Positions 13,784 through 26,774 are shown, counted from the stretch's first letter. The stretch: DNA of 64,000 nt from Octopus sinensis (GCF_006345805.1 NC_043011.1:24440464-24504463); one strand, 5' to 3'. Notes: generated from the sequence alone by a model not told the origin. Numbers and translations: made by a program.

Positions 13784-13896
13784 ATCACCTGATGAGATGC
13801 TTCTGCACTGTGGGGTGCAGCAAAATTAATTATATAGTTTCCCACCCACGAGGGAGAGATGAAAGATTTGTTGAAACGATTGTTGTGATCAATAAG
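13784..13896 (+). ncRNA. Decayed type I hammerhead ribozyme of Penelope-like (pLTR) type
   Basis: Stem I ATCAC/GTGAT, core CTGATGA (13789-13795), GAAAC (13873-13877), near-palindromic stem III ACGATTGT, cleavage triplet GTT, then AATAA. The three departures from the canonical fold are all C>T at CpG positions. Confidence 0.65.
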
Positions 13897-13934
13897 GTTT
13901 TCTGCATATTCCATTTTTCATCTCTCATTTCTGT

Positions 13935-13978
<44 letters not shown>

Positions 13979-14514
13979 AAACAAGCTAGTTTATTTTGTC
14001 TCTTTGTCTTCTCTCCTGGTGCTGTATGAACATTTAATGTGGTTTTAGAGTCAATTTTTGGCTGGTATATCTAGCATAGTGGTATCTTTTAGATACCCTT
14101 AATCATAATTTTAATAATAATTATTACCTATGAGGTTTTTATTCCCATGCTAGCCACTTGATATGATTGGCATTTTAAATATCAGTATTATCCTTATTAA
14201 TATAAATTTTTATGTATGTATATATATATATATATATTTATTTATTCATTTATTATTCTTCTACAAGAATGTTGTTGACATTGATTTTGAAGTTTTGGCC
14301 AGCTAAGCCATCGTTGGACAAAGTTACTGTCAATAGCATCCTTGTTTAAGAATAATAACTTTGTACTCTACCAAAGAATAGAGTAACCCATCAGATCAAT
14401 GTAAAATTGTTTTTTTTTATTTAGACTAGAGTATAAAAACATAAAAGCAAACAATAATATACACAAATACACACACACACATTGATGTATATATGTATGT
14501 ATGTGTATGTATAT

Positions 14515-14790
14515 ACTTGTGTGTGTATCTCTTTGTGTGTACTCTTGTCTAGACATAACATGATGGTTGTAAATGCACACCATCATCATCATCATCATCC
14601 TACAAGCAAGCCTGCTTGTTTCCAGTCTTCTGTGAAAAATATGTCTAACTGTGGGGAGAATATTACCTGGTTTGGAAACAGGTGAGAACATCAACAAGAA
14701 GAACATCCAGTTGTATAAAATCTGCCTCAACAAATTCTGTCTGACCCTTGGAAGCATGGAAGAATGGAAATTAAATGGTGATGATTATAA
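14515..14790 (+). mobile_element. Retroposon, working family D (C-like tail variant)
   Basis: GGAAACAGGTGAG...AAGAACATCCAG.TGTATAAAATCTGCC...GCATGGAA...TTAAATG.TGATG. Homologs at 19880-20105 (-), 25590-25860 and 48665-48870. Confidence 0.6.
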
Positions 14791-15032
14791 TGATTCTAGC
14801 AATTCTGCCAACCAATTGATCTGAAGTGGTATTATATTTCATTAACCATGGAAGATGAAAGACAAAGTTGACTCTGATGTGATTTGAACTCAGATTCATT
14901 TTGTCTTATGCTTTAACAAATCTGTTGTACAATATTATCAAATGGTTAAACAGTTAAGGAGTTTATTTCCCAAGCATAAGATCCCAAGTTCAATCCTACC
15001 ATGTGACCCAAGCCTTGTGAGTGAAATTTACC

Positions 15033-15437
15033 TTTTACTTGTTTCAGTAATTGGATTGAAGTCATGCTGGAGCACTGCCTTGGAGGGTCTTATCAAACAA
15101 ATTGACCCCAGTACTTATTCTTAAGTCTAATATTTATTCTATCATTCTCTTTTGTCAAACTGCTAAGTGATAGGGATCTAAAAAGCCAACACCAGTTGTC
15201 AACCAATGGGATGGAAAAAAGACACACACACACACATAAATACATACATACAGTTATATATATATGTATGAATCTATATTACAGACTTCGACATAGTTTA
15301 CATGTACCAAACTCACTCACAAGATATTGGTTAGCCTAGAGTTACAGTAGAAGTGACTTGCCCAAGGTGCTGTACAGAGGAACTGAACACAAAACCACAT
15401 AGTTGCGAAGCAAGCTTCTTAACCACACACCCATGCC
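15033..15437 (-). mobile_element. Degenerate full family A SINE
   Basis: TTTTACTTGTTTCAGT..TGCTGGAGCACTGCC (reverse complement of the tail) through GCAAGCTTCTTAACCACAC (reverse complement of the head). Confidence 0.7.
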
Positions 15438-16789
15438 TTCACCTAAATCTATAATTTAAAGGTCAAATTTGGTCACACTATATTATGCTGATTCTGCCTG
15501 AGAATCAAGCATTATAACATACATACAAGCATTACACTTGTGTGTATGTAGAATGTTCAGCCACTTACTTCAATGGGCAGGTTGTTCAGTTGATCAAACA
15601 GTTGAACGCTCATCATCAAAATTAACAAAGATCCATTTACTTATCAATAACTCTGCAAATTTGTTGTTTTGCTACTGATAAGGAGGCAGTGGAATGAATA
15701 TGGCAAAAGTGAATTCAAAGACTCACAGGTATCTGGTCAGAAGTGAAGCACTATTATTTAGAGCTCTCTCTGTCCAAAATAGATGTTGTTGTTGAGCAGC
15801 AGATCAGCGAAGATCCAGCATATCTATGATCAAAAGCATTCTGTGACCATCTTGTTTTATTTCCTATTTGCAGATAACTTAGGATCACATTGTCCATGTC
15901 CAAATGAGACCAAAGACTTGCTTTTTGAACCCAATTATTTTTGGTGCTGGCTCTATCCGAGATAAATGTTGCTGTTTAGCACCAGGTTAGCCCAGATCAA
16001 GCAGATCTTTGATCAAAAGCATTCTAATTGTAACCATTTTGTCTGTTTTCTTATATGCAGGTAACTCAAGGTCACATTGACTATGTGCCTTTTATTTTTT
16101 TAAATAGTGATTTGAAGGAGATCCATATCAAAGTTTTTTCACTATCTCATTTCTACCATATTTTCCTTCACACAAGTCAAATTTTTTGGACTGAAATTCA
16201 CAGCCTAAAAAGGTAGGTTGACTTATACACGAAGACAACTTTGTAGGACCAAAAATTCTATGTGAAATACCACAGGTTAGGAAAGACAGTGATGATGTTT
16301 GAACGTTTGCATTACATGTTTACTCCATATATTATGTTGACTAGTATGCTGAAAAATATGGTAATTTTGAAGACAGCACCAGTAATGATCCTATGTAGTA
16401 GTAATGGTAGAGAAGATTGTCACTAGATGTAACAGTTCATCAAGCGTCTTTCAGTTCAACTGTGCTGCATACTTGTCGATAATATCATTATAAGACTAAA
16501 TCTAATTATTATATCTTACATATGCGCAAGACAGAAATTCTGGTGGAATGAGTGAACAGCTGTATAAATTTATCCAGTCCTAGTACCTGACAGGTATTTA
16601 TTTTATCAAACCAGAAGTAAGTAAATAGATCTCTCTCAGTATCAACAGTGAGTACTCATTTGTTTGATCAACTGAGTGAAACATCCTCTATTCACTGAAT
16701 CAGCATGGAAGTAGCTGAGTATTCCAGACATCATGGTCATCATCATCATCATCATCATCATCATCACCACCACGATGTACGTATCTTTT

Positions 16790-17245
16790 TATCATTTTAT
16801 CCTTTAATTGTTTCAGTCATTAAACTGTGGCCATGCTGGGGCATCACTTCGAAGAATTTTTAGCCAAATGAGTCGACTCCAGTACTTATCATTTTTAAGC
16901 CTGGTACTTATTCTTTCAGTCTCTTTTGCCAAACCACTAAGTTACTGAGATGTAAACACACCAACACCGGTTGTCAAGTGGTGGTGGGAGACAAATACAG
17001 ATACAAAGACACATACGCAAGCATACACACATGTACATGCACTCATATATGCACACACACATACACACACAAACACACACATACAACAGGCTTCTTTCAG
17101 TTTCCATCTATCAAATCCACTCATGAGGCTTTGGTCGGCCCAAAGCTATAATTGAAGATACTTGCCCAAAGTGCCACACAGTGGGACTAAACTCAGAACC
17201 ATGTAGTTGGGAAGCAAGCTTCTTACAACACAGCCATGCCTGTGT
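16790..17245 (-). mobile_element. Full family A SINE
   Basis: Both halves and the internal (CA)n spacer are present on the minus strand. Confidence 0.8.
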
Positions 17246-17439
17246 CTATATATGCAAAATATATATGTACATATGAAGATATATGTATATATGAAATGTA
17301 ATGATATATAAAAATTAGTTAGTTTCTTACGGAAACTGTCCACAATTTTTCAGTGATCTCACTACTCATATTGGTGAGCTGTTACACTTTTTGTCACTGG
17401 CTCACTGTCCAATAAGAGGATAAAGTAATTGCTACTACA

Positions 17440-17700
17440 ACGATACTCCTAAGGTCTCATGAAAAGACTTCCACATCTCCCAGAAGTGTAGAATAAGAAC
17501 CTTGCTGTTGATAGATCTGTATGGTGCACTCCCATGAAGTAAAGTGCCATAGTGTCTGAGCAGGCTATGAGTAGATGAACTTAGCAGAAAACAGAACTGA
17601 GGCCATATCTGGTTGAGCATCAAAGAAAATGTAGGATGACTTGTCGACCCTTCCTCTATGTCCTGAATGCAGCCACGAGTGTTGTCATGGCTATCATCCA
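17440..17700 (+). mobile_element. Highly decayed RTE-clade LINE 3' end
   Basis: Frames give NLAVDRSVW (cf. RTE-type ..DRSAWR) and LCPECSHEC (terminal Zn-finger-like), with many stops. Confidence 0.4.
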
Positions 17701-17708
17701 GTTAGAGG

Positions 17709-18476
17709 CAGTAGTTCTCAACTATTTTTTACCTATGGACTCTTTTGATTACAATTTTACTCTAGTGGACTCCCCTCCCCCATCGCCATCCAATATTTAA
17801 AAACTAGTTTTATAGATACTTCATTTGAAATTTCTATTTTGTTTTTTTTCACACATTAACTTGTGTAGGTTTGCAAAAGTGTTCTCTGAGAGAACATGTT
17901 TCAATAGCTGCAAACATGTGGAACTGTGTCAAGCATTAGAGTAAGACATCTAGTTGCCTCTTGTAATATATATTCTTTTATTTGTTTCAGTCATGTGACT
18001 GCGACCATACTGGAGCACCGCCTTTAGTCGAGCAAATCGACCCCAGGACTTATTCTTTGTAAGCCTAGTACTGATTCTATCGATCTCTTTAGCCAAACTG
18101 CTAAGTTACGAGGGACAACTGCTATGTTGAGGAGACAAACACAGACACACAAACATATACATATATATATATATATATGACGGGCTTCTTTCAGTTTCCG
18201 CCTACCAAATCCACTCACAAGGCTTTGGTCGGCCCAAGGCTATAGTAGAAGACACTTGCCTAAGGTGCCACACAGTGGGACTGAGCCCGGAACCATGTGG
18301 TTGGTAAGCAAGCTACTTACCACTCGGCCACTCCTGCCTATATCTCTAAAGCATAATGTTTTCATGTACCATAAAATACCACTGTGGACCCACAATTTAC
18401 TATTTTGCTTCTGTGGACTCTCTAAAATTCTGTATGAATCCTCAGGTGTCATAGGGACCCCAGCTGAGAACCACTG
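17709..18476. mobile_element. hAT (Buster/Charlie-type) MITE interrupted by a family A SINE (17975-18340, minus)
   Basis: TIRs CAGTAGTTCTCAA and TGAGAACCACTG. Flanks AGTTAGAG and ACTTAGAA (6/8 match, nnnTAnnn). Confidence 0.7.
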
Positions 18477-18604
18477 ACTTAGAAGGACAAATGATAAATC
18501 TATCATCATCATCATTTTTGTTATTATTTTAATAACCATTTTGCATGGGTCCAGATTATTTGCTGAGGCATATTTTCTCTAGCCAGATGTGTGTGTGTGT
18601 GTGT

Positions 18605-18890
18605 AAGGATGCATGGCCTAGTGGTTAAGGTGTTGTACTCACAATCATGAGATTATGGTTTCAGTTCCTAGACTGGGTGGTGTGTTGTGTTCTTGAGCAA
18701 AACACTTCATCTCACCTTGCTCTGCAATCACTTCAAACACCTGACATGTGGCACACTATGCACCTGTTCAGACAACGTCGTTTTGATGGAGAGAGAGAGA
18801 GTGAGTTTAATGCGTGACACAAACATTTGATCACAATAAGCAAATCAATTGTTTAGGTCGTTCGGCAAAAGCTGAACACTCATATGTTGT
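18605..18890 (+). mobile_element. Family E tRNA-derived SINE
   Basis: GCATGGCCTAGTGGTTAAGG (A box), GGTTTCAGTTCC (B box), TTCTTGAGCAAAACACTTCATC. Confidence 0.65.
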
Positions 18891-18951
18891 CTTTGATGCG
18901 AGAGTCCATCATATATGTGTGTGTGTGTGTGTGTGTGTGCGTGCATGCGTA

Positions 18952-18990
<39 letters not shown>

Positions 18991-19014
18991 ATGTGTGTGT
19001 GCATGTGTGTGTGT

Positions 19015-19260
19015 TTGAAGGTACAGGCATAGTCGTATGGCTGTGTGTGTGAGTGTTAGAAGGTACAGGCATAGTCATGTGGCTGTGTGTGTGTGTGTAT
19101 TTGTATGCGTGTTAGAAGGTACAGGCATAGTCATGTAGCTGTGTGTGTGTGTGTTAGAAGGTACAGGCATAGTCATGTGGCTGTGTGCGTGTGTGTTTGT
19201 GGCTGTGTGTGTGTGTGTGTGTGTGTATGTTAGAAGGTACAGGCATAGTCATGTGGCTGA
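19015..19260 (+). repeat. Five tandem copies of a ~29 bp SINE-head-like unit separated by variable (TG)n
   Basis: TTAGAAGGTACAGGCATAGTCATGTGGCTG at about 19015, 19056, 19112, 19154 and 19230. The last copy runs on into a degenerate family A head. Confidence 0.85.
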
Positions 19261-20405
19261 GTAGTCTATTTTACCACAAACACGTGGTTTTGCTTTCAAT
19301 CCCACTGCATGACACTTTACACAAGTCTTTTACTATAAACTCCAGGCCCAACCACAAGCCAACATTGCAAAATGGACATTAACCAAAAGAAAAGTAACTC
19401 GAAATGGCCCAGACTTGTTCTTAATGAAGGCATATTCAGTCTAATGGAACACTGTTGTATTTCTCTTGTAAAGTTATCTTTCATGTAAGAAATAAAATTG
19501 TTTTCCAATACATTAATAATAGCCCAGTGTTTAATGCACTGTGCTAGAGATAGAAGGCACTCACTATTAATAGTATAGATCATAATTTAATTTGTAAATG
19601 ACATATGTCTAATTCAAGCATATTAAATAAGAACACAGGATTACGTAAATGTGAAAACAGTTTTATTTCATTTGAAACTATTATTGAACAGAATAATATA
19701 TTATCTTTTATTCATGAAATGCTTTAATTCTTAAAAATGAGAAGAAAGCAGAGTGTCAGGCGGTGAGTCACCCATCATCACCACCACGACCACAATCATC
19801 AGTAGCAGCAGCAGCACCACCACTACTATCATATCACCACCACACCCACAACCACCACTGCCATTACCATCGTCATCATTTTAAATCTACTTGTCCAAGC
19901 TTGCATTGGTTGGACGGAGTTTTATTGATGCAGATTTTTATACAACCTGATGTCCTTCATGTTGCCAACCTTCACCTATTTGCAAGCAAGGTGACATTGC
20001 TCCATGGCCAGACATGTTCTTGCAGAACATTGGAAATGAATGACATTGCTTCGGTGACAGCGAAGTCATTCTACAACTATCACACTTTGTCGGAACAAGG
20101 AGACAAAAACACATGTACACACACACATATGTATGTACGTATGTATGTATGTATGTATGTATGTATGTATGTATGTATGTATGTATGTATGTATGTATGT
20201 ATGTATGTATGTATGTATGTATGTATGTATGTATGTATGTATGTATGCATGCATGTATGTGTGTATGTATGTATGCATGTATGTATGTATGTATGTATGC
20301 ATGTATGTGTGTGTGTATGTATGTATGCATATGTGTGTGTGTGTGTGTGTCATTTAAAACTGTTTGGTTCAGTTCCGTGCAACTTCAAGTTTTACAGACC
20401 TTTAA

Positions 20406-20625
20406 CCGTTTCATTACCAACCCGGCTGAAACCGGCTCTGGCTCTGAGTACAAATGTCTTGTTTTCATAAGTTTTGAATTAAAATCTTCCACCAAACCTT
20501 AGTCAGAATTTATGCATCTAACACTAGCTGAATGATAACTAAGTTATTATACTAAATATTTTGTTATATTTAAAGTAATTGAAAGAAACACAGAGCATCT
20601 AAAAATAAATACAATAACGAAAGGG
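20406..20625. mobile_element. piggyBac-type MITE
   Basis: TTAA on both flanks, with ends CCGTTTCATTAC and ATAACGAAAGGG (imperfect TIR). The same end recurs inverted at 22852-22925 after TTAA. Confidence 0.7.
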
Positions 20626-20891
20626 TTAACAGGAGCCCGACTCTTTCAGACTTTGGATTGCTGAATGAAGAGATACAGGAAATCTAAGATGGTTACTAGA
20701 ATCTATGCCGCTTTTGGTCAAGGTGTATCACATGATGTTGTCAAAGAATATTATCAAAAATATCAGTTCCCTAGCGACAGCAATTCCCCCAGGAAGCGAA
20801 ATTTCCTTGACCACATGGCTTGACAGGAAGCTAATGACATCTATGTGTCTGGATACGGCAGCAGTAAAGGTGGGTGAGTTTGCTTGTTTGT

Positions 20892-20922
<31 letters not shown>

Positions 20923-21073
20923 AAGCCACATTGAGCTGAATTAAGCTGTTTTAAATAATACATGTAACTCGTACTAAAGGTATTTAGTGCCCCTTTCATT
21001 TGTCCACTTACTCATATAATATGTGTGTGTGTATGTGTATATATATATATATTTATATATATATGTATGTCTG

Positions 21074-21127
<54 letters not shown>

Positions 21128-22624
21128 TTTGGTGATGCAAACAGGAAAAATAAAGTCAAAATATGTGTGTACACATACACACACACACATGCATATATAT
21201 ATGATGGGATTCTTTCAGTTTCCATCAATCAAATCCACTCAGAAGGCTTTGGTCAGCCAGGGGCTATAGTAGAAGATGCTTGCCTAAGGTGTGACACTGT
21301 GGGACTGATCCCAAAACCATGTGGTTGCAAAGCGAACTTCTTAACCATGCAGCCACACCTGACAATAAAGTAATTCTTATGATGAAACCAAAGTGCTGAC
21401 AAGAAATCCACATACCCAAATATTGGATCCACAATACTTTAATAAAGAAAGATCTGTGTTGAGCTTCTGGATATTACTGTCTTGAGTACTAGGACCAGTT
21501 ACTTGGTTTCCAAGGGTTATAAGTAACCAAGGTCACAACATTCCGTTTGAATGGAATTACAGTCCATTACAGGATTACTCGTTTACAGCTCAGAGAACTG
21601 AAGCAACATGAAATGAAGAGTTTTGTTGAAGAACACTGCACACTGTCCAGTCAAGGAATAGAAATGGTGATCTTATGATCATGAGTGGAACACTCTCTAA
21701 CCACTAGGCTTTACAAGCCTTACAAGCCCCAGTTTATATATTAGATCTGTACCCATCGTAATCTTAGTAATTGTGAATACTGTCATTTCAGTACCTCAGT
21801 ACCTGCGGTTTTTTCAACAATAGCATGAATAAAGAGATTATGGTGACTTCTAGCACTTGGGAATCTTACATTAGATTCGCCATTAGTAAAGCATCAATTA
21901 GCGAAACTGGCCATTACCAATTCCTCAAGAGGCTGTCCAGCAACTGTCAATATTTGTTCATGTGATATATTGATTGACAAGGATGGCAAAGATTATCTGT
22001 TTGGAAACTGAAGTCTACTAAATTGAAATTGTACCCAAAATTCAACTCATACCAATATCTATTGATGCATCCAGTGAAATTTAGTTGTCTTGATGATGTG
22101 TGGCATAAACTTCTTAACTTCATGCATAGCTTGTGACTCATTGAAATTTTGCTGCACTGTTTATGAGGATCCTTTTTCAACTGGTGTTGTAGGCTTTAAG
22201 GTTCCAGTGAATTTAAAATTTTGCAGGATAATGAGCCATTTCTTTCTTACACACAACAGTATCTTTTGATTAAGTGAGTATGATTATCTTCTGGAGGTAT
22301 CTGCAACAGCTGCCAGTTGATGTTGTAGACCCAAGTAATTTCTTTTTGACACAGCCACTTTTGTGCTCATTAACAACATTGCAGATTGAGGAACACCTTT
22401 GATGTAAATTCACCTGCTGTCTTAAACATTGTATTCATAGTGCTATTACTGGATTCATTGTGCCATTACTGAAGGAAGGAAATCTTTCCTCTCCAACTTA
22501 TAAGAAATTTTAGCCAAAAGACCAGACAGATGCTCTCCAAAACATTTGCCCCTCATGTTTACTTGAGAAGATGCATCAAGCTAAATAAAATCACAGTTAT
22601 CCATACATACAGGTATTTCTTTAA

Positions 22625-22848
22625 CAGGTGCTGGTTCCCCATAAAATGCACTCATGCTGGTGCTGCATAAATGCACTTGTGCCAGTGACATGTAAAAAGC
22701 ACCCAGCACATTCTGTTAAGTGGTTGACATTAGGAACAGCATTCAGAAATAGAAACCATGCCACAACAGACAATTGGATTCTAGACAGCTTCCTGGCTGG
22801 CCAGCTCCTATTAAACCAGCCAACCATGCCAACATAGAAAACAGATGT
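22625..22848 (+). mobile_element. Family C retroposon followed by a piggyBac MITE end (22852-22925)
   Basis: GACATGTAAAAAGCACCC...GTGGTTGACATTAGG...GATG, then TTAA-CCCTTTCGTTAC. Confidence 0.65.
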
Positions 22849-23239
22849 TAACCCTTTCGTTACTGTATTTATTTTGAGATGTTCTGTGTTTCTTTCAATT
22901 ACTTTAAATATAACAAAGAATTTTGGAAGGAATGTGGCAGCAACACCTGAAAATTTAACTGTAATAATTATGCATTTATGTTAATAAATGAAACAGAATG
23001 ACTTTCCAGTTTCACTATTGACATCAACAAAGCAATATTCAAACATAGAAACCTTACCAAAACAGGCAGTTGAGCTTGGTACAGTCTTCTGGCTCACCAG
23101 CTCCTGTCAAACCATCCAACCTATGCTTTATGGAAAATAGATGTTCAATAGTGATGTTGATGACGATAATAAATTTACAACGGGGTGCTAAAATGTTCTT
23201 GGCTTTAAGGATATTGCAAAAGGCCAGCTTGGAGACCCA

Positions 23240-23380
23240 ACTTTCTGAGTTCTTTTACAGGGCTTAGTAAAACTGATCAGCATGTGAATCTGAGAGGAGA
23301 ATATGTTGAATAAAATCATAATTAACCGATCCTCTTGTATTTTCTTTTACCCAGATCAGTGACTTTTCAGCAACCTCTCA
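23240..23380 (+). mobile_element. Mariner 3' end fragment
   Basis: Reads ..VNLRGEYVE* (mariner transposase C-terminus-like) and ends GACTTTTCAGCAACCTCTCA-TA. Confidence 0.5.
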
Positions 23381-24156
23381 TATTGATGCAGTTTCAGTTA
23401 AGATGGGCTGGTCATGTTATTAGGATGAATGCCAAAAATTCTCACTGATGGCCAATTTCAGGTAAGAGTGTGAAGAGTAGGAAAAACTCTTCTTAGAAAC
23501 AAAGCTAAGCTGAATAATAAAATCAAAGATATTGGATAATAAAGGCATCAGAATTTGAGGAATGTGCTGCTGACCATAATAGGCAGATAAAAATCTGCCA
23601 AAATGGCACCAGGAGCCATGTTAATACAAGGATCAAGCACTTAGGTGATCTAGGGCAAGGTCAAAGGATTGGAGTTTTTTTTCAACATTTTGTGTGTAGA
23701 GGATGTGGTCTGGTTTGCAAAGACAGAGCAGGTCTAGTATCCCACAGAAGACACAAATGCTAAAATATAAAGTATAAAGACAGAAAGTATAATTCTTTGG
23801 CCCTCATATGTTTAATACAACAAGAAAGTCCATCATATATATATATATGTATATGAGGCCTTGGGATATATATATAAGTAACTCATTTTTAAGTGCATAT
23901 TATCTCAATACATATGACTAATATAGGTAAAATGAGATACCTTTATCTACAGGCTGAAACAGCTGTAAGATCCATTTTATATGTATTATTTTTATGGTAT
24001 TATCTTACTTATTGATGTATATTGTTTTATTCTGTTGGATTTGGATGTTCCTATTTAAGTAGTTAATAAATAATATGAATTGGTATTATCTGTAAGTTGA
24101 TGATTGAAAGGAATCTGTTCCTCCATTTTCTTATTTGTATTATATATATATATATA

Positions 24157-24490
24157 TAATGGAAGAAAAGAAGGGTAAAAATACTGCTTGCTAAAAATTA
24201 AAGTGACAGCTTAAAAAAATCACCAATCTTACAATAAATATATACACAAGCAATGTAATGAACATTTAAAAAAATAGGCTTACCTTCAGAATGGAATACA
24301 AAGATAAATAATACAGGTATTATATGGGATATGTATTATTTATCTTCGCATTCCATTCTGAAGGTAAGCCTATTTTAAAAAATATTCAATACATTGCTCG
24401 TGTGTATATTTATCGTAAGATTGGTGGTTTTCTGAAGCTGTTGCTTTGATTTTTAACAAGCGGTATTTTTACCCTTCTTTTCTTCCATTA
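24157..24490. repeat. Foldback (palindromic) MITE-like element, ~160 bp arms and 16 nt loop
   Basis: TAATGGAAGAAAAGAAGGGTAAAAATAC...GATAAATAATACA is mirrored by TGTATTATTTATC...GTATTTTTACCCTTCTTTTCTTCCATTA. Loop at 24316-24331. The left end abuts (TA)n. Confidence 0.9.
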
Positions 24491-24576
24491 TTGTATATTG
24501 TACCTGTATAGGTAGAAGTCTTGCTAGCCACCTCATTATTACTGTTTATAACAGTAATAATACTTCACATATTAAA

Positions 24577-24632
<56 letters not shown>

Positions 24633-24920
24633 ATATATATATCTATATATATATAGATATATATATACACACACACACCGCACACACATACACATACATT
24701 TATTCTCCCTCTGTTTATTTCCTCATGTTCCCTTCTATTGAAGAGTGTAGACTCAAAACGTATAAGACTTTCTCACCTTTCTGAGTGTTGAACTAATACA
24801 CCTATTTGTTGTTTATACACCTGTCTTCATCTTTTGTTTTTCTGTAGGTTTGAGCTATAAATATATATTATATATATATATATATGTATGTAGGTAGTGG
24901 ATAGTGATTTTCTTCAATAC

Positions 24921-25280
24921 TTCAGGGAGTGACGACCCAGCCTGACACGAGTCCTAGGTTCAGCTGACTCCGGCTGACAGCACCCGGTATGGGCCCCTAT
25001 CCAGGGTTACGGAAAGGAGAGTCCTGTTGGTGGTTTAGTGTTCGACTCGACACTGTTCCAGAAGCTCCTGCAACCAAGCTGGTGCCAAACGTAATGCTCT
25101 GCACTCCTTTGGACTACGTCAGCAAGGTTTGAGAGAGGAATCCGGATGATTGGGCTACCCAGGATTTTCTTACATCTAGCCCAGGCTTGCGCAAAACTGG
25201 AGAGGATATGAAATGTAAAAACCAGACTGGATTAGTTTATGCACAACTCCATTGTCTCCCGAGATAAAAGGATGCCAACA
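24921..25280 (+). mobile_element. Probable 5' region of an RTE-clade LINE
   Basis: GC/CpG-richer 360 bp island between TA tracts. Assignment is by recollection of octopus RTE-like 5' ends and is not verified. Confidence 0.35.
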
Positions 25281-26363
25281 ACAAATATGTATATATATAT
25301 ATATGTATTGTATGTATGTATGTATATATATATGTATGTATGTATTGTATGTATGTATAAATGTAGTCCATTTATATAGAGAGAGCTTTATGGGTGTGAA
25401 ACCAATGGTCATTCTCTGACCGGCTATAACAAACAACCTTCTATGTATATTTATCTATTTATCTATCTATTTATCTAGCTATCTACATAGCTATCTATCT
25501 ACATCTTGTGTGTGTGTGTGTGTATACATGTATCTACATGTGTATGTATATGCATATTTATTTGTTTGTGTGTATATGTATGTGTGTGTGTTTCCTTATC
25601 TTGACATCATTGTGATAGTTGTAATTGAGTGTCACCATTATTCAAGTGATGTCATTCATTTCTCGTCTTCCATGAAAGCATATTCAGCCATGAAGAAATA
25701 TAATTTTTCTTGGAAACGTGTAAGGGTTGGTGAGAGGTAGGGCATCCATCCAACTGTGGAAAATCTATCTCAAATGAATTCCATCTGAGACATGCAAGCA
25801 TAGAAAAGTGGATGTTAAAATGATTATGATGATGGTGATAATGATGATAATGATGATGATGTCACCATAGAGACCATGATCCATCTGGGCCTTAACAATA
25901 CATGAAACATTCTTTCTCCCTAGGGTCTGGAAGCTTTGCGGCTATAATGGAATCAATTGATTGGAGTGAATTTCATTTTATCAATCAAATTGTGTGGATG
26001 GGCAAGCTCACATTTTTTTTTCAAGCATTAAGTGATGGAAATATCATTTGTAGTTGATCCTAGCATGAAAGACTGCATTTGGTTGTGATTGCAGTTTGAA
26101 CTTGCATCTGCAAAACATGACTTATCACTTGAATTAATCAAAATCAGTTGATCTGTCAACGTCAGCAACTTTCAAGTCTCCTATTACAAAAAAAAGTATA
26201 AAATATTACCTTGCAAACCATCGAGAGAGATAACAATAGACCGAGAGAAAGAGCGAGAGAGATTAAGACTTGAAATAGCAAAGCTTTTAATGGGGAACAG
26301 GAAAACTAGGAACAGAAAGCACTGGTTTAACAGTGGAGAAGTAGTAATAGCTACTTACTAAAG

Positions 26364-26599
26364 CAGTGGTTCTCAACTGGGGTCCATATAAGATTTTATT
26401 GTTAAAATCTAGCTGCAATAAAATGGTTATACTTGTACAATACACAAAATATTTCAACAATTTTTTGATGCAGTTCCTAATAAAAATATAATAAAAAATA
26501 TAATAGGATTTTTTAAAAAGTGAATGACTAGCAGGGTACATCCAAGGAAAATAAGTATCAGAGGTGTCCATAGGTAAAAGATGGTTGACAAAAATACTG
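26364..26599. mobile_element. hAT (Buster-type) MITE
   Basis: Left TIR CAGTGGTTCTCAAC after TACTAAAG, and a degenerate right end GTTGACAAAAATACTG. Shares GGGGTCCATATAAGATTTT with 57491-57770. Confidence 0.6.
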
Positions 26600-26774
26600 T
26601 AACTAATGAAAGATGGAGAGAAGATGGACAGATACACACATGTACGTATACATACATGCATTATAGATGTATGTGTGTGTGTGTGCATGTGTGTTTGTGT
26701 GCGTGCATGTGTGTTTGTGTGTGCGTGTGTATGTGTGAATGCTTGTGTATGTACATATGCTTGTATGCAGGATC

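Noticed and set aside
19015-19260. CRISPR-like repeat-spacer look
   Set aside because: The spacers are (TG)n, the repeat derives from a SINE head, and the context is eukaryotic.
24921-25120. HDV-like ribozyme at the putative RTE 5' end (GGGAGTG/CACTCCT pairing)
   Set aside because: A P1-like helix exists, but P3/L3 and the P1.1 GG are not in place.
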